From Octopus bimaculoides (lineage: Eukaryota), in assembly GCF_001194135.2 (NCBI RefSeq), contig NC_068990.1, positions 86,013,691 through 86,073,839 of the forward strand: DNA of 60,149 bases, in the 5' to 3' direction. Each line of letters starts with the position of its first letter. Position 1 is the stretch's first letter. The translations under genes and the position numbers were made by a program. The notes below the pieces were generated by a model that was not told the DNA's origin, did not search any database, and saw only the letters and a list, made by a program, of their open reading frames with translations. This document shows positions 13,768-25,900 of the stretch, piece by piece.

Positions 13768-14901
13768 GTAAATTAACTATCATTCATCATATACACTATT
13801 TTATACATGATTTTAATTATGAAAAGAAATTATGTACCAAGATTTAAATTAGTTGCAACTTATGCAAATAAAAATGGTATTTAGACTGATGCAGTTATCT
13901 GTTCTGTACAGGCCTCTTCTTACTATTTTCTCATGAAGTCCTCTTTACAGCATTTCATTTTGTCCNNNNNNNNNNNNNNNNNNNNNNNNNNNNNNNNNNN
14001 NNNNNNNNNNNNNNNCTTTCTGTATGCTCATATCATTGTTGTCATGGATACCAAAAGATAATAGATGACAGAATTAGTTGAGGGCCACACAAAATGCTCT
14101 ACATTGTTTACCCGATGACTCTTTTTGGTTTTCTGTTCAAATTCCATTACAGTTCACCTTCCTTTCAACTTCCTGGAGATTGTATTAAAATTCTTAAGAT
14201 AATTTTTTTTTGTGAGACACTAACATCCTGTCCCAGAGAAGATTCGTCTCTCATCAGTTTAATTACTTCAGTAATTGTGATCCAGTGAATGAGTTTAGAT
14301 TAAGAGATTCTCACATATGATATTTTTTTTCTAACCAATTATAATATTTGTGAGGTTAGCATACTAACTATATTGTCATAATTTCAAATCTTTCTGCTCC
14401 AGTCATTGTGTTGTAATTTATGAGCAGCCAAAATTTTGATCTCTTTAACTGATGAAATAACAGTTTACCATTAAAACGTTAGTAATAGGAAGGGCATCCA
14501 GGTATAAACACAAATTCTCTGTGGAGAAAATCGTCTCACTCATGCAAACATAGGAAAGTGGATGTAAAACTGATGATAGGAAATATAGGAAGGGACATTA
14601 CTTCGTTTATGTCAGTGAGGCACCTAGAGTTATGTACCTTGCTCAGGGGTACAAACATAGTATAAATTACACGAACTTTTTTTCACTTTCGCACGCTGCT
14701 ATCAGTTTATATAAAGTGGTAAGAGGTACGTGTAGTCGAATGATATTTGTATATATTTCATATCACAAATCAAAATAAACCTTGTTGCAATTTAGAATAT
14801 AGAGAGGTGTAACCACCACAAGACCTTTTACCAATTCTATCAATAACAATATTTTAATTCATGACTATTGTCAGTTTGAAACACATTATTATACTTATTA
14901 C

Positions 14902-15112
14902 AAGGCGACGAGCTAGCAGAATTGTTAGCATGCTGGGCAAAATGCTTACCAGTATTTCATCTGCTGCTACGTTCTGAGTTTAAATTCCGCTAAGATTGAC
15001 TTTGTCTTTCATCCTTTCAGGGTCGATTAAATAAGTACCAGTTACGCACTGGGGTCGACGTAATCGACTTAATCCCCTCCCCCAAGCTGCCCTTATGGCA
15101 AAAATTTGAAAT
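14902..15112 (+). mobile_element. tRNA-derived SINE, family A
   Basis: AAGGCGACGAGCTAGCAGAA…GTTCTGAGTT…GGGGTCGA; multiple copies in the window. Confidence 0.75.
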
Positions 15113-15225
15113 TATAATTATACTTATTACAATTTTAGCTTTGTAACTCATTAATTAGCAGTGGTGTTCGAAGTTAGTGAGATTTCCTGTAAAACTAGAT
15201 TAAATGTTTCCTTTTCTTTTTTTAG

Positions 15226-15469
15226 GATAAGAATAAGGACCCAGCATCACTTGCATTTTGGATGGCAAATGCATCAGAAATCCTGAATTTCCTCAAACAA
15301 GACCAAGATGTTCGACTCTTCAGTCGCGAAGCACAAGACATTCTGGCACAATCTGTCCAAATCGCATTCCATCATCTTGTGCAATGTTTACATTTTGACC
15401 TCAGTCACACGATGCCAGCTTTCATAAATGATGATGATTCTGTGGAGGATGATGATTTTAGTGTCCCAG
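15226..15469 (+). CDS. AFDN: Afadin exon, DIL domain (…LAFWMANASEILNFLKQD…)
   Basis: TTTAG acceptor, GTAGGT donor, phase 0/1. Confidence 0.95.
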
Positions 15470-16643
15470 GTAGGTACTCAGTAGAGGTTTGAAAATGTGA
15501 GAGGTGAGGCTGAAAGCATGAACATGTATAAGGTATCGAAGGAGTGTATGTTTGCAATCAATCATAAAAGAAGACTTTGTATATTTTTTGTTGGGAAGCC
15601 TAGTATATTTTTAAGGGATGAAAGGGTGAGTTTAGGGGTAAGGTTATGAGTGAAAGGTTAGCATAAGTATTATTTATCCTCTCCCACCCCTACTCAGTAC
15701 TGATTAAGCAAACTTATAATCTGATGTTGCAGCCAGCATTTTATTTTTAGTGGGCTGTTATAAAATGTGTCCCTGATGCAAATTTAGCTGCTATTTTTAG
15801 CAAGCCATCCACTATGTAGTGGTTCTCAGTTTCATTTTATTTTTCACGGTGAAAGGTTGTTTAGATATTTTTAGAGGTTAACGATTGAGACTGTGATTTT
15901 GAACAAAGTTAATGACATTCTTCAGAATAAAATTGGATCCTCTTGCATCCCAGAATCTATTACTGATGCTTCTTGGGAAGCATTTACCTTACTTCTAAGA
16001 CCTTTTTAATGTAGCAACTCCAAATTCTCACTAAAAAAAATAAATCTCTCACAGCCTCCAAAATGAAGATCAAGTATCTTTTATTCAAATCTTAAAATCA
16101 GAAGACTTAGGATAAGTAACCTCATGGTTGCTAGCCTAGAAAGTGAAAACTAGTGGAGAGCTAGGATTGAACTTGGGAATTTGTTGACATATAGATGTTC
16201 CTATAATGTTAAGTATTCAATCATGTGTGGTCCCTGGTCTAGTTACCAGAAAACTGACATTTATGGACTTGGGATTGAACTTGTGATCTTGTTGTTTATG
16301 TCTCTGATTTCAAAATTAATTCCAAGGAAATTAATGAGGAAGGGAAACATTTATTAGACTATTGTCTGCTCTTTCTCCTTAGCAGCCACACACATGATGA
16401 ATGTAGGTGTTAAATGGACAATGAATCTAATCCACTGTTGAACTAAGTTCATGTCTTACTCTGTGGTGCTCAGAAATAATTGAAGGAAATCTTACCTTTT
16501 TCTTCTTTTTTTTTTTTGTCCCTTTATTTGTAGTTATTTGATTTGAGGAAAAACATACTTTGAATCCTTGATTTAATTGTTTCTATTCGTTGCTAAAATT
16601 CCTAAGAAATATAATTTTTTTTCCTAATGCCATGTGATTTCAG

Positions 16644-16945
16644 AAACTGGTTATCGGCAGAAAATGCAGCCGACACTCGGTGATGTCCTCCGCACTTTGA
16701 CGGCTGCCATGAACCTTCTGCGACGGTGCCGTGTGAATGCAGCACTCACAATCCAACTGTTTTCTCAGCTCTTCCACTTTATCAACATGTGGTTGTTCAA
16801 CCTGATAATTCAGAAGCCACAGTTCAATCTCTGCACTCGCCGATGGGGCATTATACTGAAGCGTCGACTCGGTAAAGTGGAAGCATGGGCTGAGAAGCAA
16901 GGACTGGAATTGGCTGCTGATTGTCACCTGTGTCGTATCATCCAG
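16644..16945 (+). CDS. AFDN: Afadin exon, DIL domain (…RRCRVNAALTIQLFSQLFHFIN…LAADCHLCRIIQ)
   Basis: TTTCAG acceptor, GTATGT donor, phase 1/0. Confidence 0.97.
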
Positions 16946-17548
16946 GTATGTTCTGGGAATTCTTACCTAACAAGTTGATTTCTATAGCTCTTGATTCAAC
17001 TATCACCACACAATTTTTGTGTGTGTGCGTTCTAATTCTATCAGAAAGCGGAAAAATGCTTCCCTGTGTCCTCTTATATATTTACTTACATTGTTTCATT
17101 TAAATATAGTCATGTGTTGTGGTTGAATCTAGCTTTCAATAGTAACAAATTATTTAATTATATATTTAATGTAATCGTTAATCCTTTCATGACCATATTT
17201 TTAATGAAATACATTGCCTGCATGTTTCAATTAATTTAAAAGGTAACTGGGAATTTAGAAGGATTAGTAAAATAATTTTGTCATTATCAAGCAGGTGTAA
17301 AATGCAATGGACTGGCAGAAAAGAGAAAATGCTTTGCGGTGTTTGTTCTGGGTCTTTATGTTCGGAGTTCAAATCCTGCTAAGGTCAACCTTGCTTTTCA
17401 TTCCTCTGGAATTGATCAAATAAAGTATCAGTGAAGAATTAATCAAATAAACCCTTGCTCCCTAATCAAAAAAAAAAAATCAAAAAATGCTTGAATTGTA
17501 ATTTGCCCAACCTAACTTAAATGCTTTTCTTTTGTGTATCATTTATAG

Positions 17549-17983
17549 GCTGCGCACTTACTGCAGGCACCAAAGAACAATAATGATGACATAGCAAACA
17601 TCAGTTCTACCTGCTTCAAGCTGAACTCACTCCAAATACAAGCCCTCTTACAGAACTACATCCCAGAGGATAATGAGCCTCGCATCCCTCAATCACTGAT
17701 TGACCGTGTTGTGACCGTCGCCAGGAACATGGCCGATGACTTGGCCCATTCTGACGGCAATGAAATTAAAGTGGAAGAAGACCGAGAGCTGCAGTTACCG
17801 TTTCTACTACCAGAGGATGGTTATTCCTGCGATATCATCCGAGGTGTACCAAATGGCTTACCCGATTTCCTTGAAACGTTTATCAGGAATGGGGTTTGTC
17901 GTTTTACACCTCAACCCAGTTCTAAAGGTCTGTGGACTGTATATATGGTTGGGTTAGACCAGCAAGGACCAAGACTTAATGAG
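17549..17983 (+). CDS. AFDN: Afadin exon, end of DIL domain (AAHLLQAPK…LQLPFLLPEDGYSC…PRLNE)
   Basis: TATAG acceptor, GTAAGA donor, 145 codons. Confidence 0.97.
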
Positions 17984-18167
17984 GTAAGAATTCTCCCTTC
18001 TTCTTTGTTCATCATCATTTAATGCCCATTCTTCATGCTGGCATGGGTTGGATGGTTTGGTAGGGGCTGGCCAGCTGCAGAGCTACCCAGGCTCAGTGTC
18101 TGTTTTTGGCATGGTTTCTATGGCTGACTGTCCTTCCTAATGCCGACCACTTTACAGAGGGTATTGG

Positions 18168-18450
18168 GTGCAATGGCCCGGTGGTTAAGGCAGCGGATTC
18201 GCGGTTGGAGGATCACGGTTTCAATTCCCAGACCGGGTATTGTTTGTGTTTATTGAGCGAAAACACCTAAAGCTCCACGAGGCTCTTTCACCCCAACTTT
18301 CTCTCACTCTTTCTTCCTGTTTCTTGAGTAACGCTGCGATGGACTAGCGTCCCGTCCAGCAGGTGGGGAACACGTACGCCATAGAAATCAGGAAACCGGT
18401 CCCATGAGCCTGGCTAGGCTTTAAAAGGGCACATAATAAATAATAATAAT
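18168..18450 (+). mobile_element. tRNA-derived SINE abutting a truncated family B SINE
   Basis: A-box TGGCCCGGTGG, B-box-like GTTTCAATTCC, (AAT)n tail. Confidence 0.6.
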
Positions 18451-18689
18451 AATTTGTTGTTTTTACTTGGAACCATGGATCTTTAAAACATTATTGCTTG
18501 TTAAGTGCTCCTAGTATGGTTTTATGGATTTGATTTAGACGAAGATAGGTTGTCCATAGCTTGTGAAGGACTGACCAAAGTTAACTGTTGAGTTTTGGAA
18601 CAGAAATAGTCGATGAAGGAGGTGTTGTGTGTGGAGAAGTGGGGGTAGGATGATTGATAGAACAGGCTGTGGTTGTGGTGGTGAAAGGC

Positions 18690-18870
18690 AAAGAGGCCGA
18701 TACAGCTTGGCACGTGTGACATTGCAACTCATTTCTACAGCTGAGTGTACTGGAGCAACGTGAAATAAAGTGTCTTGTTCAAGAACACAACACACAGCGT
18801 GATCTGGGAATTGAACTCACTACCTCATGATTGTGAGCTCAACACCCTAACCATTGAGCTATGCACCTTC
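18690..18870 (-). mobile_element. tRNA-derived SINE, family C
   Basis: Reverse complement of the 39701 copy. Confidence 0.65.
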
Positions 18871-18872
18871 AC

Positions 18873-18911
<39 letters not shown>

Positions 18912-18933
18912 TAAACACACAAACACACACATA

Positions 18934-19144
18934 CCGTAATCCCTCACTATATCATGGTCCACCTATCGTGGTTTATTATTTAAGCTTACGTCAATTCTTC
19001 CATGGTGTTTTTTTGCATTTATAATAAAACAAATATATACAAATTATAAAAATATACAGTACAGTACTGTTTCTACTTGGCGGATTTTCACCTATTGCGG
19101 GGGCATTTTGGGACATAACACCCACGATAGTCGAGGGATTACTG
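18934..19144. mobile_element. Tc1/mariner-pogo-type MITE
   Basis: TA-CCGTAATCCCTC … GAGGGATTACTG-TA: terminal inverted repeats with TA flanks; related fragment near 55425. Confidence 0.7.
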
Positions 19145-21329
19145 TATATGTGTGTGTGTGTGTATATGTATATATATATATATACACACACACCCACCTC
19201 ACTCCTGTTCCCAATGATATACTGTGACATCATTTCTCTGTACACTAAGCCATCCTCATTATCTCTGGTTGTCTTCCTCCTCCACCTTCCCATGCCTCAC
19301 CCCTTCTTTAAACATCAATCTGTAAACTGGACAAACAAACTTTGGTTGCTTTTGATCTGACCTTTTGTTGGAATGGTGGTAGTGGTGATGGTGAGATGGT
19401 GGTGGTGGTATCTAATAATGATTGTGTGCCAATCATGTGGTTGTCGTTTAGCCCTAGGTGAGTTCTGATCAAGCAGACATTCCAACCACGACCATTCCTT
19501 CTTTTTGTAAAAATAGAATTTTGTTATCCCAAAGTATTTTCTAAGACTAGTATAACGTGATTCAAAGGAGATTTCACTACTGTTTCTAGTAGATCAAGCA
19601 ACAGTGTAGATTCCCTCTGTAGTAGGTGGGTAGAAGTGTTGATGAATTAATCTGTCCCTCTCCTCCCCTACAACTGTCCCCCACCTACCCACTACAGTTA
19701 GTGGACACTTGAGCTTGTCTTCTCTGTTGTGTCAACAGAATGTTGTTATTTCTGCACAACAAAGTGGTTACCTTGTCAAGTCTTGTCTCGCCACCACTGC
19801 TACTGCTGTTGTGGTTGGTCAATAATGAAGTAGTGGTGGTGGTGGTGGTGGTGGTCATTCATGTCTCCTACTGTCCAGGGGAAGCTGATTATATAAATCT
19901 GTTTTTATTTGATGAGGTTGTTTTTCTTAGCATCTGTTGCCCTTCACAACTCTCACATTTCACCACTGCTACTCCCCTCCCCCCGACACACACATCACTC
20001 CACCACCCCCTCACATCACTCTAATCCTACCCCATCTCTTTGCTATCCCACCATCTCTCACCTCTACCACTTTACCTCACCACACCTCCCCCCCATCACT
20101 TTGTTACCCCCTCTCTGGTTCTCTACCACCTCCACGTCTCTCTCCACCATTATCACCACCACCGTTCTTGCAACCCCACAATGTCTCTTTGCCCCCATCC
20201 CCCCATCACTCTAGTCCCATCCACGTCGCCTCACCACCCCTGTATCTCTGGCCCTTCTTCCCAATACTTCTTCCACCCATGCACCCCTCACCATCACCAC
20301 TACCACTGTTCCCACTTCCATTATACCTCTTAACTACTCCCACCCCTCCTCCTCCCTCTCATGCCACTACCCCACTCCCTCACACCTCAACTTTCTAATT
20401 TCCAATTGGAGCTAATTAACACTGCTCAAGACCTCCATCTTTGTCCCTCTCTTCCGTTATGTAAGTTCTTACAGACTTTGGCAATATTTCTACACCAAAC
20501 TTCGGATAACCTGTTGGAACACTTTATAGTGTTCGTTTGTGTTTTTTTGTTATCTCTTTTTTTTTTTTTCATCATGGATACCAAGATTTTATTTGAAGTT
20601 TTTTACTCTGACACCACACACACATTAGCTCGACTATGGACATAGCTATATCACTTTTGGACTGAATTACACACAACATACATATATTATTTTCGTATGG
20701 TTTACATCCGTTTTTCTTTGCTAGCAGAGGCTAGATAAATACTTACTTACTTCAGGCAATATTTTTACCACTGGTGACTCTTATTGCCAACCTTTAGCTC
20801 TTCTACAAGAAAGGATTTTTTTATTCTGTTACTCTGCACCGGCAACTTCATGTGAAAAGTAGAAATGACAACTTTCATACACGTACACATGCATATGCAT
20901 AAACACACACACACACACGTCGTTTGTTAACCCTCGTCTTAAATCATAGCCAAACCACACACATGTACCTGTATCTCTATTCTAAATGTTTTGAAAACAA
21001 ATACATGCATGTGTACCTGTACCCAGATGTGTATATGAGTATGTTTGAGTTTATGTATGTGTGTAAAAGATTTCACTTTGTAACTTTTGTTCTGATAGAG
21101 AAAAAAAATAGCAAAAATAATTTTGTCTGAAAAATTCAGCTTGTGTGTCTGAAAATATGGCTTTTAATTTTTGTTTTTTCAATATGATTGCTTTAAATGT
21201 TATATATTATTTCAAAATAACTAAATTTAAAAAAAATTTTTTTTTTTTTTTTTCTTGTTTAGACATTTTTACAAGCTTGTTAATAATGTTATTGTTTATA
21301 ATACACTATCCAAAGGTGATTAATGTCAG

Positions 21330-21640
21330 TACCCCCTGACTGGTTCCTGTACCAGTGGCACGTAATAAGCACCATCCGAACGTGGCCGATGCCAGTACCT
21401 CCTGACTGGCTCCTGTACCGGTGGCTCATAAAAAGCACTATCTGGACATGATTGATGCCATTGGTGGCACATAAAAAGCACCCACTACACTCTTGGAGTG
21501 GTTGGCGTTAGGAATGGCATCCAGCTGCAGAAACTCTGCCAGATCAGATTGGAGCTTGGTACAGCCACTGGCTCTCCAGACCTCAGTCAAACCGTCCAAC
21601 CCATGCCAGCATGAAAAACGGTCGTTAAGCGATGATGATG
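21330..21640 (+). mobile_element. SINE-like repeat, family B, with (GAT)n tail
   Basis: AAAAGCACCCACTACAC…GGCATCCAGCTG…CCAACCCATGCCAGCATGGAAA…GATGATGAT; at least 8 copies in the window. Confidence 0.75.
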
Positions 21641-21880
21641 AATGCACTGCTACTGCTGTAGGGGGATCCTGCATTACTACTCTACTAGTTATACCGTACA
21701 CACCACTACTTTTGTCCTAGTTATAATTACACAATATTAATGCCACTACATTACTCATATTCACCATATTTTGATGACCTAACAGCAATTCCATTATAAC
21801 TACTGCAATTCTGTATTTCCAAGGGATAAACTCTGTTCTTGTTGAGATCGTCCAATTCTAACCAAACATTTGCCTTTCAG

Positions 21881-22012
21881 ATTCATCAGAAGGAAGGCGG
21901 ATTTCCAGCACATGTACCACACCCAGATGAATTGCCACCAGAACCTGAAATAATTGAAGTTGTGTTTGAGAAAGTGAAAGGCAGTATAGGACTAAGTATT
22001 GTAGCTGCTAAG
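21881..22012 (+). CDS. AFDN: Afadin exon, PDZ betaA-betaB (…EIIEVVFEKVKGSIGLSIVAAK)
   Basis: TTTCAG acceptor, GTAAAT donor, 44 codons, phase 0/0; GSIGLSIVAAK is the afadin PDZ carboxylate loop. Confidence 0.95.
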
Positions 22013-22534
22013 GTAAATATTCTATTTTACATTTTCCTTCACTGAATTATGACAAATGTTTAGTCTAAGTACTAAGCCCCCCCCATCATCATCTTTTGTG
22101 TCCTTGCTATTAGCCGCCCCCGTTGTCGTCATCTTTGTTTTAAATGTCCATTTGCCGTGCTAGCATATACTGAATGTACCAATCATACAGTATATGTCGC
22201 TTGTCTCATCCTTTTGTTAGCTTTTCTGTGTTGCACAACATCCCGAGATTTTGTCTTGTTTCTCCTCCCCCCACCCCATCCACTGTCTTTCTCTACTAGA
22301 AAAATCCTCCCCTGACAGCATGATACCTTTTCCCTCAGAACCCATTTTCCTTTTCGCTCACATATCCATACCAGATCAGCTCACATCACCCAACAGCTCA
22401 TATTCAGTTACCTTTCCTGTATGTCTCAGCTTTAATATTTAACTAATCTCAACTTTTATGCATTCTACCTTTCATGTAGATTAAATATTGCACATCCAAT
22501 ACATCCTACTTCGTTTGTCCCTAAACTCTATTTT

Positions 22535-22790
22535 TCAGTGGTGTCCTATAAACCATTGAATTATTGGAACACAGTCTTCTCTACTGTTCCATGTTCCTTC
22601 AAATTATTGTGGCACACAATCTTCAATAATGTCTCATAAACCTTTGGATTATTGGGACACAGTCTTCAGCAGTGTCCTATATTCCTTCAAATTATTGTGA
22701 CCCACAGACTTCAGTAGTGTCTCCATATGCCTTCGAGTTACTAGTGCAATAGTCTTCAGCAGTGTTCCATTATCATTCAGATTACTTTTT
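22535..22790. repeat. Degenerate ~42-44 bp tandem repeat, about 6 units
   Basis: Recurrent CAGTCTTCAGCAGTGT…CCTTCAAATTATTG…CAC. Confidence 0.7.
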
Positions 22791-23414
22791 CAGTCAAATG
22801 CAGCAGTTTGCACCTGTAGCTATCTAATTCTCCAATTTTAGATTAATCAACCCAAAACTGAATGAAGAGCTGCAAAATGTAGATAAATGTGACTTGAATT
22901 CTGGTGGAAAGTATTTAACCTTTTCAAGGGTTTCAATGTTTTCATGAACACAGACCCCAAAGTTCTTTGCACATCCATTTAAAAAAAAACACTTAAGCCA
23001 CCATATTTATATACTGTTCCCTTGTTGGGAAATTTGTTTTGATGAATTTATATTGGTCAAAGGGTTAGAGGACATGCATTGATGTATCTTTTTTTTTTTT
23101 TTGCATGTCAGACCAACCCCACCACATATTCACATTCTGTTGATATGTTTCCACATAACACAGTGAATTGGTAGATTCAGTAGTGTTGGACAAAATACCT
23201 TTTGATATTTGTCCTGCTTCTGTACATTCTGTGTTCAAATCCTGCTGAGGTTAACTTTGTTTTTCATACTTTTAGAGATGTTAAAATACAACACCAGTCA
23301 AGTACTGGTGTTGATGCAGCCAACTGTCTCCTTTCCACAAATTCCTGACCTTGTACCTATGTTAGAAGTTATTATATCCATACACAGGAGGACATATGTA
23401 AAATCCTTGTTTAT

Positions 23415-23640
23415 TGATCTAACACTCCATCGTTATCACCATGGTATTAACCTCACTCTCCTTTGTTAAATGCCCTGTTTGTAAATACCCTGCTAACCTA
23501 ACCTTCTGTTGTTAAATACCCCATGTTAACTCGCTGTTATTAACCCAGTTCTTCTTGTTAACCCTAGCCTTGTTAATCACCTCTCTTCACTGTTAACATT
23601 CCCTGCTTTTTGTTAACCTCCCCTGCTTTTTGTTAACCCA
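23415..23640 (+). promoter_or_regulatory. TGTTAAC/YTAAY motif array upstream of microexon 1 (putative splicing element)
   Basis: Exact TGTTAAC at about 23524, 23556, 23591, 23611 and 23631, plus CTAAC/TTAAC/TGTTAAW variants. Confidence 0.5.
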
Positions 23641-23701
23641 CCAGTTTCTCAAACCACCTGAACCCTATCATTATCAACAGCCACGTTTTCTCATTGTGTA
23701 G

Positions 23702-23731
23702 ATTACTATAGTGGACAGCCATGGTCGTACG
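23702..23731 (+). CDS. AFDN: Candidate 30-nt afadin microexon 1 (ITIVDSHGRT), in the PDZ betaB-betaC loop
   Basis: TTTTCTCATTGTGTAG|ATTACTATAGTGGACAGCCATGGTCGTACG|GTAAGT: consensus splice sites, phase 0/0, no stop codon. No transcript evidence available. Confidence 0.65.
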
Positions 23732-24032
23732 GTAAGTAAGCGTGAAATGACCAAGCCATTGGTCTCACACACTGTGTGTCCGATGACTATTTACGACTGT
23801 GTTGTCTCTCTGTCTCTCTCTTTCCCTCCCTCTCTCTCTCTCTCTCTCTCTGCCTGTTCATGTTATGACAAATGTATATTGGTCTTGATTTAATATCACG
23901 GTCACTTCAAGGTCACCTTACCTCAATGCTGGATCACTTATTCACTCATGCATGGTTTCATGTACGTATGTAACACAAATGCATAAACACACATATTCCT
24001 GCACACATGTATATCTGTATGTTATAGAAACT

Positions 24033-24068
<36 letters not shown>

Positions 24069-24519
24069 TTTACACAATTGTATGCACTCATACACATAAC
24101 CTGCACAGAAGACACATGCATATCTACACTCATGCGCACGCACACACACACACATATATATGATGTTGTAATGTTGTTCCAGTAGACTATTTGTTGTAAG
24201 CTTTTGAAAATTTCTGCTTGTTTCACTCACTGACTTTTAGCTTTCTTCAGTTAGTACTGACTGTAGAACTAGTGTAAACTCTACTCTATATACCACTGCC
24301 TATCTTCAGTTTGTATCAAGTATGAAACAAGTGTAATTTATACTCTATATTCTGCTGTCTGCTCCTCTTTTCAGCTGTGTTGCTAAATCAGCTTCATAAA
24401 ACAGCAAAATTTTAAGGGGTACTGTTAGAAAGTAGTCCAAAATGAATGAAAATATTACTTATAGAATTTAATGTAGAATTCTACATTATTTACATTTGGC
24501 GGATATTTGTCCTCATCTT

Positions 24520-24715
24520 GTTTGTTGTTAACCTAACATTTCGGCTGATATACTCTCCAGCCTTCATCAGGTGTCTTGGGGAAATTTTGAACCTGGGTTC
24601 TCATTCCTAAGGTACTTTTTGTTGTTATTATTCAGGTCACTGCCTGGAATCGAACCCAGAATCTTGGGGTTAGTAACCCGCACTCTTAACCACTATGCCA
24701 TATGCCCGTGGGCAA
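24520..24715 (-). mobile_element. tRNA-derived SINE, present only in duplicate copy 1
   Basis: Reverse tRNA-like head (GGAATCGAACCC…TAACCACTATGCCA). Confidence 0.6.
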
Positions 24716-25304
24716 TTATGAAGTCCTTAATACCAGTTCCCATATTCTACTCATATCTGTCTGAGTTATTGTATGATGTAATCAATGCTAACTGATCAAT
24801 ACTTCTGTGAATTTCAATAAAAGTTTGAAGAATTTCATATTACTAAATCTTCTTTATTCATTCATTGTTTCCTTGAGCTGCATTGATGAATTACAGTTCA
24901 GATTTAATTCCACAGTAATTACACTCCCCCGTGATGTATTTTTTCAAGGTTGTGTGTTTATAATACAATATCAACCAAAGTAAGAGATTATGGCATTTAA
25001 TTAGTCTACAAATTTTTACTTGTCAGCTAAAAATGTCATAAAAATTAATGTTGAAATAGAAAACTAAACTGTGTTACCCACAAAATTTCCAAGTTATGCA
25101 AAAAAAAAAAAAAAAAAATCCCCCAGAATAATCCAATGCTTGTAGCCCAATCTGATAACCATAACTCTAGAATTAACGTAAGCTATATACTGCTGTTGTC
25201 TACTCCTGTCTAATAACTAGTTTTGGCACCATTGCTTGGCTATAATTAAAGTATCAGCTCTTTGATTAATGGTTTTGTACACAGCTAATCTAATATAGCC
25301 ATAG

Positions 25305-25352
25305 AAACTCTCTCTTTCTCTATTTCTCTCTTTCTCTCTTTCTCTCTTTCTC

Positions 25353-25393
<41 letters not shown>

Positions 25394-25710
25394 ATTGCTT
25401 TCTCTGTCTCTGTTTATATCTCTCTGTCTGTCTTTCTGTTTATCTCTCTCTATTTATATCTCTGTCTGTCTTTCTGTTTATCTCTCTCTCTCTATTTATA
25501 TCTGTCTGTCTTTCTATTTATTTCTCTCTCTCTCTTTGTGTCTTTCTGTCTATCTCTCTCTGCTTGTCTCTTTCTCACTCTTCCTCTCTCTCTCTTTCTA
25601 TCTATCTCTCTCTCTCTCTCTCTCTTTCTGAATGAGTTTCTTCTTGCCTGCCTCCCTCTGACTTTTCTTCCTTCTGTCCTTATCATTCTCTCCTTACTTT
25701 TCCACTTCCA

Positions 25711-25773
<63 letters not shown>

Positions 25774-25779
25774 TCTTTC

Positions 25780-25859
<80 letters not shown>

Positions 25860-25900
25860 ATCTACCTATTCTCTTACCTCTCTCTCTTACACTCACTCAT
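25305..25900. repeat. (CT)n / (CTTT/CTGT) low-complexity tract
   Basis: Seen directly. Confidence 0.9.

Noticed and set aside
19740-20645. Pro/His/Thr-rich ORFs in all frames
   Set aside because: C-rich low-complexity intron with no splice-consistent exon.
22535-22790. CRISPR-like appearance of regularly spaced repeats
   Set aside because: Eukaryotic intron; units are degenerate along their whole length with no unique spacers and no cas genes.
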